This document shows positions 1 to 10,022 of a stretch of DNA of 64,000 nt, in pieces. Positions within the stretch are counted from its first letter, which is position 1. Each line of letters opens with the position of its first letter. Origin of the DNA: Candidatus Obscuribacterales bacterium (GTDB lineage: Bacteria; Cyanobacteriota; Vampirovibrionia; Obscuribacterales; Obscuribacteraceae); contig CBDDIJ010000002.1 in NCBI GenBank assembly GCA_965228855.1, positions 1,888,001 through 1,952,000 of the forward strand. Direction: 5' to 3'. Under the pieces are notes generated by a model. It was given only the letters and a program-made list of their open reading frames with translations. It did not search any database and was not told the DNA's origin. Position numbers and translations under genes: made by a program.

Positions 1-165
1 TTTAAAATGGCGGAGCTTCCAGAGCTTGAAGTTGTTGTGCTTAGTGATTGCCCAGTCACGGAGACAGGCTTGGCGCGTCTGCGCGCGCGTAAAATTCGAT
101 ACGAAGTTACCCAAACACCGAGTTCAGGCTACGAGATCATAAATATGTTTGGCGACTCTGACTAG
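1..165 (+). CDS. 3' end of an LRR protein, probably the C-terminus of a Ser/Thr kinase-TM-LRR gene (5' part outside window)
   Basis: My translation of frame 1: FKMAELPELEVVVLSDCPVTETGLARLRARKI...FGDSD*, TAG at 163-165. Same LRR style as the kinase-LRR paralogs in this window. Confidence 0.7.
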   Translation, partial: FKMAELPELEVVVLSDCPVTETGLARLRARKIRYEVTQTPSSGYEIINMFGDSD

Positions 166-188
166 AGGAATGAAACTCATCTCGCTGA

Positions 189-1101
189 GCCTATCGGCCA
201 ATCGTTGGAACTCCACTGTATATGTCGCCGGATCAAGCTCTTGGACTGGCTTTTGATGAGCGTTCCGAAGTTTACAACCTGGGATGTGTGATGTTTGAAA
301 TGCTCACAGGTCGTGTCCCTTTCGACGGTGAAACGGCTATGGAGATTATAGGCAAGCACGCCAGTGAAAAACCTCCTCGCCTGACCGACGTCAACGAAGA
401 CTACCAGGCGAGCCCGGAAATAGAATCACTTGTGGCGAAGTGTTTGGAGAAGGAGCCTGATAAGCGCTTTCAATCAATGTCTGATTTAATCGCGGCGCTG
501 AAGACAATCGATTTTAAAAATCATGAGCTTGAGGTGGCAAAATCGGACAGTACTGGGTTCAAAAGGGTTGGTGTAGGTGTCGGGATCTTACTAGCGCTTA
601 CTGCAGTCGGTGGATATTGGTATCACAAGCGATACCATTGATTTGGTGATCAGATCGTTTCCCGAGTTAACTCAATTGAACCTGGAAGGAGCTGTGTTGA
701 GTCCTGGTAGTTGGCAGAAGTTGTCGAAGCTAGAGAAACTGCGGTCCCTTTCCTTGGAAGCAACGAACCTCACAGACAAGACAGCCTATCCGGTTCTAAA
801 CTTGCGCGCGTTGGAAAGCCTAACCTTGAACGAAACTGACATAAGCGATAGCACGGTTGCAAGATTAGCTCAGATGCCGAAGCTACTTCATGTGGAACTG
901 ATTGATTGTCGCAACACTAGTCGGCAGGGGCTGAAACCGCTCATTGAGAGGGGCATTCAGTTCAGTTCCGAGCACGAGCTTAAGCCGACCGAGGCGAGCA
1001 TGATGGATGACATGATTGCGGAGGAACTCGAAGGTCATCGCATTGATTGTCTTCCTGTGCGATTGGTATTATTCATCTCGCGTTTGTCTACGACACATTG
1101 A
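189..1101 (+). pseudogene. Fragmented Ser/Thr kinase-TM-LRR gene remnant
   Basis: After a stop at 186-188 the frame reads ..IVGTPLYMSPDQALG..DERSEVYNLGCVMFEMLTGRVPF (kinase subdomains VIII-XI only; no Gly loop, VAxK, HRD or DFG), then a TM (VGVGVGILLALTAVGGYWY). A frame switch near 610-640 leads to LRRs (LTQLNLEG, LRSLSLEAT, LESLTLNET). Confidence 0.75.
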
Positions 1102-1262
1102 CGATTTTTCGAAAATCCGGCAACGCACGATAGCCAAAATCGGTCAGCGATTGAGGACGGTTCCCAGAACCCAGTCTGCGGAAGGCTCCGCAAAGAATCA
1201 TGTCCTGTCTCCTATAGTAGGAAGTCTGGGCTGACACCGACTCGTTGCTGGAATCTCACAAA

Positions 1263-1559
1263 TCAGTCTTTCTTGGGTTTGTTGATCAATTCTGTCAGCG
1301 AATCGATGATTACCTTGTCGGCTTTATGTTGCCAGTCAAGCGCTGTAAGCAATTCCGACCTGGACATCAAACCCTTGGACAAGATCAGCTCGCCGAGCGG
1401 CTTACCTGAATGCTCCTGCTCTTTGATCAAGTCTTCCAGTTGGTTGACGTTTATTTTTCCGTGCTTCAAAAGAATTTCGCCGAGCTTCTCGGGACGAGTG
1501 AGAATATCCCACTTTTCTTCTTCGCTAAGACCGAACTGAACAGATTCTTGCTCGCTCAT
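1263..1559 (-). CDS. Stand-alone MshEN-domain protein (putative c-di-GMP receptor)
   Basis: Two tandem MshEN-type motifs: KLGEILLKHGKINVNQLEDLIKEQ and PLGELILSKGLMSRSELLTALDWQ. Confidence 0.8.
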   Translation of the reverse strand: MSEQESVQFGLSEEEKWDILTRPEKLGEILLKHGKINVNQLEDLIKEQEHSGKPLGELILSKGLMSRSELLTALDWQHKADKVIIDSLTELINKPKKD

Positions 1560-1679
1560 ATAGGTTTAAACCTCACTGTGCGTTTCTCATTGTATGGCTA
1601 AAGGCGGCGTTGACGCGGTTCAGGTTAGAGAATTCGAATCTTGAAAAGTCGAGGACCTGAACCGGTTGCCGGTTAATGG

Positions 1680-2651
1680 TTAAGCAGTCGCTGGTTTGAT
1701 CACTTTGGGACGCTTAGCCTGTATTTCACGCCAGTATGCAAGCAGGGCGCTGGCGTTGAAAATTGATGAGTATGTTCCGGAGATGATTCCGATCAACATC
1801 GCAAACACGAAGTCTTTGGTTGTGACTCCGCCCAGGAAGTACAAACTTGCCAGAGTGAAGATAACCGTCAGTGATGTTGCCAGAGAGCGGAAAAGGGTCT
1901 GGTTGACACTGTCATTGGCAACGTCGCCAAACGATCTCTTGCGCTCTTCCCCGGTTTTTGGATCTTTGTATTTCGCGCCAACATATTTAGCGTTCTCGCG
2001 AATTCTGTCGAATACGACGATGGTGTCGTGAACGGAGAATCCGATGACGGTCAGGATCGCCGAAATAAACAAACTATCTACTTCGGTGCCCATGAATTTG
2101 CCGAATAGCGCGTAGAAGCCGACCAGCACGATTACATCATGGAAGAGCGCGGCAATCGCGCAGAGAGCGTAGTCGAACTGGTAGCGATATGAGATGTACG
2201 CGACCATGGCTGCCAGCGTCACGAATAGTGCCAGAAGTCCATTTGTGAGTAGCTCGGGACCGATTGTCGCAGTCACCTTATCTACCGACAATGCCTGGAA
2301 CGGACCGCATTGCTTTTCAAGCTCGGCATCCAGTTTTTTCTTTTCGGCTTCGTCATCGATTGCCTTTGTCCGCATTACGATCACTTCTTTGCCTGAGATA
2401 AACGCTTTCTGCACTTGCGATCCATGCAGATCGACCTCTTCAAGAACGTGGCGAACCTGATCCAGTTCAAGCGGTTTCTCGAATTGGTATTGAAGAATCG
2501 AGCCGCCGGTGAAGTCAATTCCAGGTTTCAGCGGCGCGCCGAATGTCATCATGCAGAGGATGATTCCGATTACTCCTGGAATTGTCAGAAGTGCCGAAAT
2601 GCCAAACCAGATTTTTCTGTATTTAACGATGTCTACGTGTGGAAGTTTCAC
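1680..2651 (-). CDS. secF: Protein translocase subunit SecF
   Basis: GIDFTGG, HDTIVVFDRIREN, GTYSSIF motifs. GTG start overlaps the secD stop (GTGA), with GGGGAGG SD upstream. Confidence 0.97.
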   Translation of the reverse strand: MKLPHVDIVKYRKIWFGISALLTIPGVIGIILCMMTFGAPLKPGIDFTGGSILQYQFEKPLELDQVRHVLEEVDLHGSQVQKAFISGKEVIVMRTKAIDDEAEKKKLDAELEKQCGPFQALSVDKVTATIGPELLTNGLLALFVTLAAMVAYISYRYQFDYALCAIAALFHDVIVLVGFYALFGKFMGTEVDSLFISAILTVIGFSVHDTIVVFDRIRENAKYVGAKYKDPKTGEERKRSFGDVANDSVNQTLFRSLATSLTVIFTLASLYFLGGVTTKDFVFAMLIGIISGTYSSIFNASALLAYWREIQAKRPKVIKPATA

Positions 2652-4207
2652 AGCTTTGTAGCCTCCCCTGTCATAACTTGCTGGCTATCATTTTTTTTTT
2701 CATTGCCTTTGCGATCGTATTTATGTCCAAACAGACCCACCTTTCTCGGAATCAAGTGGAGCAGTGTACGAGTCGCGGTAATTGCGGTAAACATGGATAC
2801 CGCCACACCCAATGCCAGGGTAACTGCGAAACCTTTGACCACCGAGGTGCCGAACATCATCAACACCGCGCAGGCGATCAAACTGTTTGCGTTACTGTCC
2901 CAGATCGCTGAGAAAGCCAGTCTGAAGCCAGTTTCAATAGCCGTATAGAGTGACTTGCCGTGGTCCAATTCCTCTTTCGTTCGTTCGAAAATTAGAATGT
3001 TGGCGTCGACCGCCATACCGATAGATAGAATGAAACCCGCAATACCAGCCAGTGTTAGCGTGACCGGTATGTAGGCAAATATCGCCAGTGTCGCGATAGT
3101 GTAGAGAATGAGCGCGATGTCTGCTACGACGCCGGGCAGCCCGTAGAGCACGATCATGAAGATCATGACGGCTGCGATACCGATGAGACCGGCAATCAAA
3201 CTCTTGTCGATTGAGTCTTGTCCGAGAGTGGCGCCGACAGTTCTCTCTTCCAAAATAGTGATGGGAACTGGCAGAGCGCCTGCGTTCAGCTTGACTGCAA
3301 GGTCGACAGCTTGATCCTTCGTGAAAGAACCGGTGATTTCACCGTGTCCTCCGAGAATCGGTTCGCGAACGGTCACGCCGTTGTACTCAGCGACGGACAT
3401 CGGGCGTCCATCGGCTCCACGCTCGGTTGGTTCACCATCGAGGAAAATGCCGATTTGTTGTCCGACTAAACGTTTCGTCAGAGCGCCGAACTTCTTCGCG
3501 CCTTCATCTTTGAATTCGAAGTTTACGTGCCATGTGCTGCCACCAGCCATGGGTGTGGCTTGCGCGCGTTTGAAGTCAGCACCTGTTAGTTTGCAGTCTT
3601 TCCAAACTCGCATGCCGTTTTCAACTGCCATCTCTTTGAACTCGAGCAAAGCGGTAGTCCCGATGCGGTCCTTCGCTTGCTGCGGATCTTTGATACCAGG
3701 CATTTCAACAATCAGTCTGTCCTTGCCGGCGCGCTGCACCATCGTCTCAGCAACGCCCAAGCTGTTGATACGGTTGTTGATAACAGTTTCAACACCGTTC
3801 ATGACTTGAGGCGTGATCTCAGGCACCTGGGGCGGTGCCGGGTTCGCTCTCAGCAAAAGTTGGGAGCCGCCGCGGAGGTCGAGACCCAGCTTCAAGCTTG
3901 TAAAAAGGCAGTAGTCCTTTTTGTCCCAGGGCGCTGTGAAGTGCGTGAGAATTTGAATGTTGTTCGCTTTGCCGGCGTTCTCCTTCTCTTGCTTGAGCGC
4001 ATGCTCTTGAGCGTAGAAGTTCATCTTGTCCCAGCCTGGCAGCTGAGTGACGCGCTTTTCCACTTCCGCCGCCACTTCAGACGGAGGAAGATCGCCGAGC
4101 CGCTGCCATTCTTTGACAGTTTCGCTCGGCGCGATCTGGAAGAGGGTGGTCATGGACAAAACGAATGCAAGCAATACTGCAAACGGTTTCCAGTCTAATT
4201 TAGGCAA
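2648..4207 (-). CDS. secD: Protein translocase subunit SecD
   Basis: LGLDLRGG, LNAGALPVP, GMAVDANILIFER motifs. TTG start at 4207 chosen because GGGAGG lies just upstream; ORF extends to 4249. Confidence 0.97.
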   Translation of the reverse strand: MPKLDWKPFAVLLAFVLSMTTLFQIAPSETVKEWQRLGDLPPSEVAAEVEKRVTQLPGWDKMNFYAQEHALKQEKENAGKANNIQILTHFTAPWDKKDYCLFTSLKLGLDLRGGSQLLLRANPAPPQVPEITPQVMNGVETVINNRINSLGVAETMVQRAGKDRLIVEMPGIKDPQQAKDRIGTTALLEFKEMAVENGMRVWKDCKLTGADFKRAQATPMAGGSTWHVNFEFKDEGAKKFGALTKRLVGQQIGIFLDGEPTERGADGRPMSVAEYNGVTVREPILGGHGEITGSFTKDQAVDLAVKLNAGALPVPITILEERTVGATLGQDSIDKSLIAGLIGIAAVMIFMIVLYGLPGVVADIALILYTIATLAIFAYIPVTLTLAGIAGFILSIGMAVDANILIFERTKEELDHGKSLYTAIETGFRLAFSAIWDSNANSLIACAVLMMFGTSVVKGFAVTLALGVAVSMFTAITATRTLLHLIPRKVGLFGHKYDRKGNEKKNDSQQVMTGEATKL

Positions 4208-4517
4208 GGAGCCTCCCAGGCATTGCTGCCTTCTGACGTTCATTTCCAAGAAGGAAGAGTGGCGAAGCTACAGAGTAGGCAACAACAGTCCGCCAACTAT
4301 GTAGTCAACACCAGATTTTAACCGTTCTTTCAATTCCTAAGGATCAATATACAATAGGATCTGCTCTAATCTTCTTTCATCTCGCCGCGCGCGCGAGCTC
4401 GAAGCGCTCTATGTCCGACGGTTGGCAGCTCCGCTCGAAGATACGCGTCGTTACCAAAACGCCAGAATTTGCTCAGGCGCACTTCTGTGCTCTTCGGGGA
4501 TTGTTGAACAGTAACTT

Positions 4518-5219
4518 TTAAACCGTGCAGACCTTGTCGCCACCGCGCTGCATCGCCAGTTCTAGAGCGCGAACTGACTTTTCGATCAATTCGTCATGCT
4601 CACGTGCGTGCGCTGGAAATGCTGCCAGGCCGACCGATGCGGTCACGCGCAGGTTGTGCCAGTTGTGCGTGATCGATTGATTTCCGATACGTTGTCTGAT
4701 TCTTTCGGCAACAATTGAAGCGCCAGAGGCGTTTGTTTCCGGGAAGATAATCGCAAATTCTTCAGCACTGTAGCGCGCCGGGATGTCGACGTCGCGAATG
4801 GCGCCGCGCAGAACGTTGCCCATGACTTTCAGCACGGCGTCGGATGTGAGCGCTCCGTACTGTCTGACGACGTCTTTGAAACCGTCGATTGCCACCATGC
4901 AAAGCGCGACAGGGCGCTTATACCGCTTGGCGCGTTTGAGTTCGTCCTTGATCTCTTTATAAAAAGTGCGAGAGTTGTAGAGCTCGGTGAGGGTGTCGAG
5001 AAGCGCGAGGCGCTCGATTTCTTCGCCTTTTACCGCAGCCAGGCTCTGCTCCGTGCTTGTCAGAAGCGAGCGCTGCTCGAGCTCCTTGACTCGTTCGATA
5101 ACCTGGCTGTCCATGAAGGAACGGGCGCCGGATTGCTTTGCCCGGTTTGGATTGTCGAGAACCCGACAAAACATGCACGTTCTACCGCTACAAATGTGAT
5201 CCGTTCGTCCTACGCTCAT
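4518..5219 (-). CDS. Degenerate GGDEF-domain protein with intact I-site and Cys/His-rich N-terminus
   Basis: DTLTELYN..., RDVD I-site, SAEEF in place of GG(D/E)EF, VTASVG. N-terminal HxCx4CxxC. Confidence 0.9.
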   Translation of the reverse strand: MSVGRTDHICSGRTCMFCRVLDNPNRAKQSGARSFMDSQVIERVKELEQRSLLTSTEQSLAAVKGEEIERLALLDTLTELYNSRTFYKEIKDELKRAKRYKRPVALCMVAIDGFKDVVRQYGALTSDAVLKVMGNVLRGAIRDVDIPARYSAEEFAIIFPETNASGASIVAERIRQRIGNQSITHNWHNLRVTASVGLAAFPAHAREHDELIEKSVRALELAMQRGGDKVCTV

Positions 5220-5375
5220 GAACTCGACCTTCTTACAAATGGTGCCGAAGCTTAGCTACTATACATGGGATTCTTGCCCCAATTCCCTCCAGGTGAAACC
5301 TGGATGTACGGCATACAAGTATAGATTAAATAAGTGAACCACACTATATCTGGTTTTCAACAGGCGAATATTTCT

Positions 5376-6779
5376 TTATCGGCGAGCGCCTGTCTGCATA
5401 TTTCTCAGACGCCCACCTTCGACTATGCTCTCTCCGTCGACAAAAACAGCCTCGACTCTCGTGGGAAATCGAATGAGCGTATCAGCCGGGTCGGCGAACT
5501 GCTCGGCAAACCTTGCGGCCACTTCAGGCACGAATTCGGCAGCTTGCGGTGCGATTTTGAAAACAGCAATGTCGGCTTGTTTGCCTACTTCCAGCGATCC
5601 GATTTTGTCCGCCATGCCGATCGCTCGCGCTGAGCCCATGGTCATAGCTTCAAGCAAGTCCGGCGCGCTCAGTTTTGACTCCGGTTCTGCGGCGCGGTGG
5701 AGGTTGAGCGCGAAATTCGCCTCGGCAACCAGGTCCAAACTATCGGTCGAGGGCAGACCGTCTGTGCCGAGACCGGCATTAACACCGGCTTTCAGGTAAG
5801 ACGAAAACGGTGCGCGACCATTTCTCAATCTTGCGTTGCTGCGTGGACAGTGCGCGATTGAAACGCCTGCGGCTTTCAAGAGTTTCACATCCTCGTCATT
5901 CACGTGAATGGAATGTGCTGCTACCAGCTGGTTTGAGAGCAGCTCATGCTCCTTGAGAAACGCCACTGGCGAATGGCCTGCTTTTTTCCAATCGATAGAC
6001 TTGAGCAAAGTGCAAGTGTCACGTTCGCGAGTCGATGGCATCACCTTCATCAAGTAGGCATCGATTACCTCGCTTCCGCCTTGCAGCCAGCCGCATTCCT
6101 CCGGCGATTCCGCAAGGTGCGAAAGAAGGGGGAGTTGTCGTGTTTCGGCCCACTTCTTTGCTTCTCTAAAGAGTGGTGGGCACACCGTATATGGTGCGTG
6201 GGGAGAGCAAGTGAGAACGACTCGCCCCTCCGCTATTGCGTTTTTCAGTTCAGCAGTCCCTTCGTTCTCCAGCTTGGCAAGGCGCTCCAGCCAGTTTTTC
6301 CAGGGAAGCTCGAACGTGTTTTTGTCCAGACCGAACAATTCGAGACCGACCACGCCCTTCAAGCCTGCGTGAGAAATTGCTTCGGCGCTCTGTCCTGAGT
6401 AGGAGCTGTCGACAATCATCGTGGTACCGGCAAGAGCGTTCAAACGCGCGCCGTAAAGAGCGGATTCGAAGAAGTCTATGGGTTGCCACTTCGAAACCGA
6501 TTTCATGAGCGAGGGAATCCACTCAAAAAGAGATGCGCTGGTATCCAGTGGACCAAGAGCCGTGTAATCGAGGTGACTGTGCAGGTTTATAAGCCCTGGT
6601 GTAACGATCGCCTCGCCGTAATCCAGATGTTCCAAATCTCTATGAGCGCTAAGAATGGCATCGCGAGTGCCGACCGCCTCGATGCGCCGGTTTCTGATCA
6701 CAATTGCCCCTTGCAACACGGGCGTGCCGACCACCGGATAGATCCATTTAGAGGTAATGACTAACCCGGAATTTTTCAC
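5376..6779 (-). CDS. Amidohydrolase family protein (MTA/SAH deaminase-like)
   Basis: PGLINLHSHLD, PHAPYTV, SHLAES, HCPRSN, GTD, GSLEVGKQAD motifs. Confidence 0.9.
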   Translation of the reverse strand: MKNSGLVITSKWIYPVVGTPVLQGAIVIRNRRIEAVGTRDAILSAHRDLEHLDYGEAIVTPGLINLHSHLDYTALGPLDTSASLFEWIPSLMKSVSKWQPIDFFESALYGARLNALAGTTMIVDSSYSGQSAEAISHAGLKGVVGLELFGLDKNTFELPWKNWLERLAKLENEGTAELKNAIAEGRVVLTCSPHAPYTVCPPLFREAKKWAETRQLPLLSHLAESPEECGWLQGGSEVIDAYLMKVMPSTRERDTCTLLKSIDWKKAGHSPVAFLKEHELLSNQLVAAHSIHVNDEDVKLLKAAGVSIAHCPRSNARLRNGRAPFSSYLKAGVNAGLGTDGLPSTDSLDLVAEANFALNLHRAAEPESKLSAPDLLEAMTMGSARAIGMADKIGSLEVGKQADIAVFKIAPQAAEFVPEVAARFAEQFADPADTLIRFPTRVEAVFVDGESIVEGGRLRNMQTGARR

Positions 6780-7018
6780 GATGTCCTCGGAGAGTTTCTA
6801 AAGTAGTATGGCAAGTTTCGAGTGCTGGAGCGCGTAGTGGAAGGTCGACGCTTTCAACATCTTGGCAGAAAGTCGCTGTCAAGCTGTGGTAGAATCAAGA
6901 ACTCCAGAATACCGTCAGCCTGGTGCGAAGCAAATGCTTCTGTCGCTCGGGCTCAGGTCTTTACATGAGATGGTTTGACTCGGTTTAAATAATACGAGTT
7001 TCATATTGGGAACGCACC

Positions 7019-7564
7019 GTGCGAATAGACATAGACGAATTAAATTCATTGCCGTCGAAGCGCACCCGCATTGATTTCAATGAGAAGCTCGAGATCGAAA
7101 ACGTCGTGAAACCGGTTGTAGGTGAAATCTACATTCAGGCTAGCGGCGGTGGCGTTCTGATAAACGGGCATGTGCAAACATTGCTCAAGCTCAATTGTCA
7201 CGTTTGTTTGCGACCGTTTTTTCAAAGTCTGAATGTAGAGATTGATGAGCAGCTCTCGGCTCGTGCGGATGAGGATGACTCACCGCGCGAAAGAGAACTA
7301 ACTCGGGATGACTTCTATGAGGTGATTCCGGCCGATGGTCTTATTGACATCAGCGATATTGTGTATCAAGCTGTTACGTTGGCGTCGCCAGTTTTTTGTC
7401 GATGCGGCGACGATTGTCCCGGTCCGCCGAAGCCCGAAAAGGCTCTAGCAGCGGGCAATTCGAGCGCCACTGGTTCGGACTCCAGAGACGACTCCCGGAT
7501 CGATCCGAGATGGGAGAACTTAAAGACTCTGTTTTCTAAACAAGAATCTGGAGAAAATTCGTAG
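7019..7564 (+). CDS. yceD: YceD/DUF177 family protein
   Basis: CHVCL, CRCGDDCPG and IDPRWENLK motifs; conserved position before rpmF. Confidence 0.9.
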   Translation: MRIDIDELNSLPSKRTRIDFNEKLEIENVVKPVVGEIYIQASGGGVLINGHVQTLLKLNCHVCLRPFFQSLNVEIDEQLSARADEDDSPRERELTRDDFYEVIPADGLIDISDIVYQAVTLASPVFCRCGDDCPGPPKPEKALAAGNSSATGSDSRDDSRIDPRWENLKTLFSKQESGENS

Positions 7565-7600
7565 ATAATAAGCAGTTCCAAGATATTAGGAATTTTTCTC

Positions 7601-7786
7601 ATGGCTCAACCAAAGAAAAAGACATCACATCAGAAGCAGCACCAGCGCCGCGCGCACTGGAAAGCTCTCGCTACCAATCTGACGCGCTGCCTGCAGTGCG
7701 GAGCCAAAGCAAGACCACACACAATGTGTTCGGAATGCGGTTACTACCGCGGCCGTCCTGCTTTCCGTAGCGAACAGATCGTTTAG
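7601..7786 (+). CDS. rpmF: 50S ribosomal protein L32 (Zn-binding form)
   Basis: MAQPKKKTS..CLQCG..PHTMCSECGYY. Confidence 0.97.
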   Translation: MAQPKKKTSHQKQHQRRAHWKALATNLTRCLQCGAKARPHTMCSECGYYRGRPAFRSEQIV

Positions 7787-7856
7787 ATCGTTCACTCGGG
7801 TGTAGTCGTTTAAAACGACTGGGTTTTTGGTTTACAGGGCGGAGCGTGAGTCAAGG

Positions 7857-8897
7857 ATGATTCGGATATCCATAGACGCCATGGGTGGTGACCATGCCCC
7901 CAGAGAGGTCGTCCATGGTGCGGTACTTGCTGCGCTTGAATACAAGCTGGCGATTTTACTTGTCGGTCCTGAGGATGTACTCAGGGCTGAGTTGAACCGA
8001 CCTGTCATAAAACAGCTACTCGGCGGCAAGGACCCCGAGGCGCACAATATTTCTATCGTGCACGCGTCGGAAGTTGTCCAGATGGGCGAGAAGCCGGGCT
8101 GGTCGGTCGTCAAAAAGAAAGATTCTTCAATAGTCGTCGCGACGAAGCTCGTCCGCGAAGGCAAAGCAGACGGCATCGTTTCAGCGGGCTCCACCGGAGC
8201 GGCCGCTGTAGCTGCGCAAATATGTCTGGGTAAGCTCGAGCACATCGAACGCTGCGCTATTGCCTGCACGATGCCGACAATTCATCCGCGTCCCTGTTTC
8301 TTAATCGACGCTGGTGCGAGCGTCGCCTGGGATGCTCCTCAAATGGTGCAACTCGGTCTGATGGGAACGATTCTCGCCAAAGGTTTATATTCGATCGAAA
8401 GTCCGCGTGTCGGAATTCTGAACATTGGAACGGAAGAAACCAAGGGCACGGATGTGGTGAAGCAAGCTTACGAGCTGTTTAAGGAAAACGGCAAGATGAA
8501 CTTCATCGGTTTCGTGGAAGGTCGTGATTATCCGCTCGGCAAGGTCGATGTAGTAGTCACTGACGGTTTCACCGGAAACGTTTCTCTAAAAACCGCCGAA
8601 GGCATCGCGCGCATGATGAACTTCATGCTCCGTGAAGAACTGATGGGGTCCTTGAAAGGCCGCGTCGCCGGCGTCATCGGAAAGTCAGCTTTGAAAAACT
8701 TGAAGGCGCGAGTCGATCAGAATGAATTTGGCGGTGCGCTTCTCGTAGGCATCAAGGGTGTGTGCGTCATCGCCCATGGTGGCTCGAAACATACGGCTGT
8801 GAAGAATGCTATTCGAGTCGCCAAAGACATGGTCGGTGCAGGTATCGTAGACAAGATCGAGTCGGTATTAAAGACAACCAACGGCCACTCGAACTAA
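7857..8897 (+). CDS. plsX: Phosphate acyltransferase PlsX
   Basis: IDAMGGDHAP, SAGSTGA, DGFTGNV, IAHGGS motifs. Confidence 0.96.
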   Translation: MIRISIDAMGGDHAPREVVHGAVLAALEYKLAILLVGPEDVLRAELNRPVIKQLLGGKDPEAHNISIVHASEVVQMGEKPGWSVVKKKDSSIVVATKLVREGKADGIVSAGSTGAAAVAAQICLGKLEHIERCAIACTMPTIHPRPCFLIDAGASVAWDAPQMVQLGLMGTILAKGLYSIESPRVGILNIGTEETKGTDVVKQAYELFKENGKMNFIGFVEGRDYPLGKVDVVVTDGFTGNVSLKTAEGIARMMNFMLREELMGSLKGRVAGVIGKSALKNLKARVDQNEFGGALLVGIKGVCVIAHGGSKHTAVKNAIRVAKDMVGAGIVDKIESVLKTTNGHSN

Positions 8898-8907
8898 GGA
8901 GTGTGCC

Positions 8908-9975
8908 ATGAAGTTTGCTTGCGGTGCAAAGATCATAGGCGTCGGAGCCGGGCTTCCGGTTTCCATAGTTACGAATGAAGACTTGACTCGTCTGGTCGAC
9001 ACGTCCGATGAGTGGATTGAAACTCGCACAGGCATCAAAGAGCGTCGCATAGTCAACGAGACAGAGAGTGCGACCGGTTTGGCAACCGAAGCTGCCAGGG
9101 ATGCACTTGCCTACGCTGGTATCGAGGGTGATACCATCGAATTGGTCATCGTGGCGACATCGACGCCTGATAACCTGTATCCGTCCACAGCCTGTCAGGT
9201 GCAGGCTGCCATTGGAGCCTCTCGGGCTGTGGCTTTCGATATGGAAGCAGCCTGCACAGGAATTATTTATGCGCTTTCGGTTGGACAACAGTTCATCGGA
9301 AGTGGAACTTATAAGCGTGTTCTCGTCATCGGAGTCGATGTCCATTCCCGGTTTTTGAACTGGGAAGACCGAAACACTTGCATTCTGTTCGGCGACGGAG
9401 CCGGTGCGTTTGTTCTTGAAGCTACCGAGCAAAGCGACAATCAGATGCTTGGAACCTATTTGCGCGCTGATGGCAACGGCGGACACCTGCTCTGGATTCC
9501 TAACACCGGAACTCAATATCCGCATGCCGGTACTGATGGACCGCAGCCCACGACGCGTTTCTTGCAGATGAACGGAAGGGCGATTTATGAGTTTGCTGTC
9601 AATGCCGTGCCCGAAGCTGTAAGGCAAGCGACTGCCGCTGCGGGCATTACAGTTGACGACATCGATTACATGGTGCCGCACCAGGCGAATATTCGAATTA
9701 TCAAAGCTGCTGCCGACAGGCTTGGAATTAAGAAAGAGCAGGTCGTAACCAATGTGGACGAGATGGGCAATACCTCTGCTGCCTCGATTCCATTGGCTTT
9801 GTGGTCGGCAATCAGACGGGACAAAGTCAAAATTCCTTCGACGATGTGTCTGGTCGGTTTCGGCGCAGGGTTGACCTGGGGATCGGCTGTGGTGAGATGG
9901 ACTGCCGTTGACAAGCGCGGGGACGCTGCGTCAACCAGTGAGAACGCCGAAAAAGCAGAAGCGAGCATTTCTTAG
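8908..9975 (+). CDS. fabH: Beta-ketoacyl-ACP synthase III
   Basis: DTSDEWI, AACTG, LFGDGAGA, PHQANIRI, GNTSAASIP, GFGAGLTWG. Confidence 0.97.
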   Translation: MKFACGAKIIGVGAGLPVSIVTNEDLTRLVDTSDEWIETRTGIKERRIVNETESATGLATEAARDALAYAGIEGDTIELVIVATSTPDNLYPSTACQVQAAIGASRAVAFDMEAACTGIIYALSVGQQFIGSGTYKRVLVIGVDVHSRFLNWEDRNTCILFGDGAGAFVLEATEQSDNQMLGTYLRADGNGGHLLWIPNTGTQYPHAGTDGPQPTTRFLQMNGRAIYEFAVNAVPEAVRQATAAAGITVDDIDYMVPHQANIRIIKAAADRLGIKKEQVVTNVDEMGNTSAASIPLALWSAIRRDKVKIPSTMCLVGFGAGLTWGSAVVRWTAVDKRGDAASTSENAEKAEASIS

Positions 9976-10022
9976 ATTTGTAATTTAGTTTGTGATAAGT
10001 TCAATAGATAGGAGATTGATCG

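Noticed and set aside
2691..2700. A10 tract near the secD 3' end as a -1 frameshift site making a SecDF fusion
   Set aside because: secF is in the -1 frame, but that frame hits TGA and TAG immediately after the tract.
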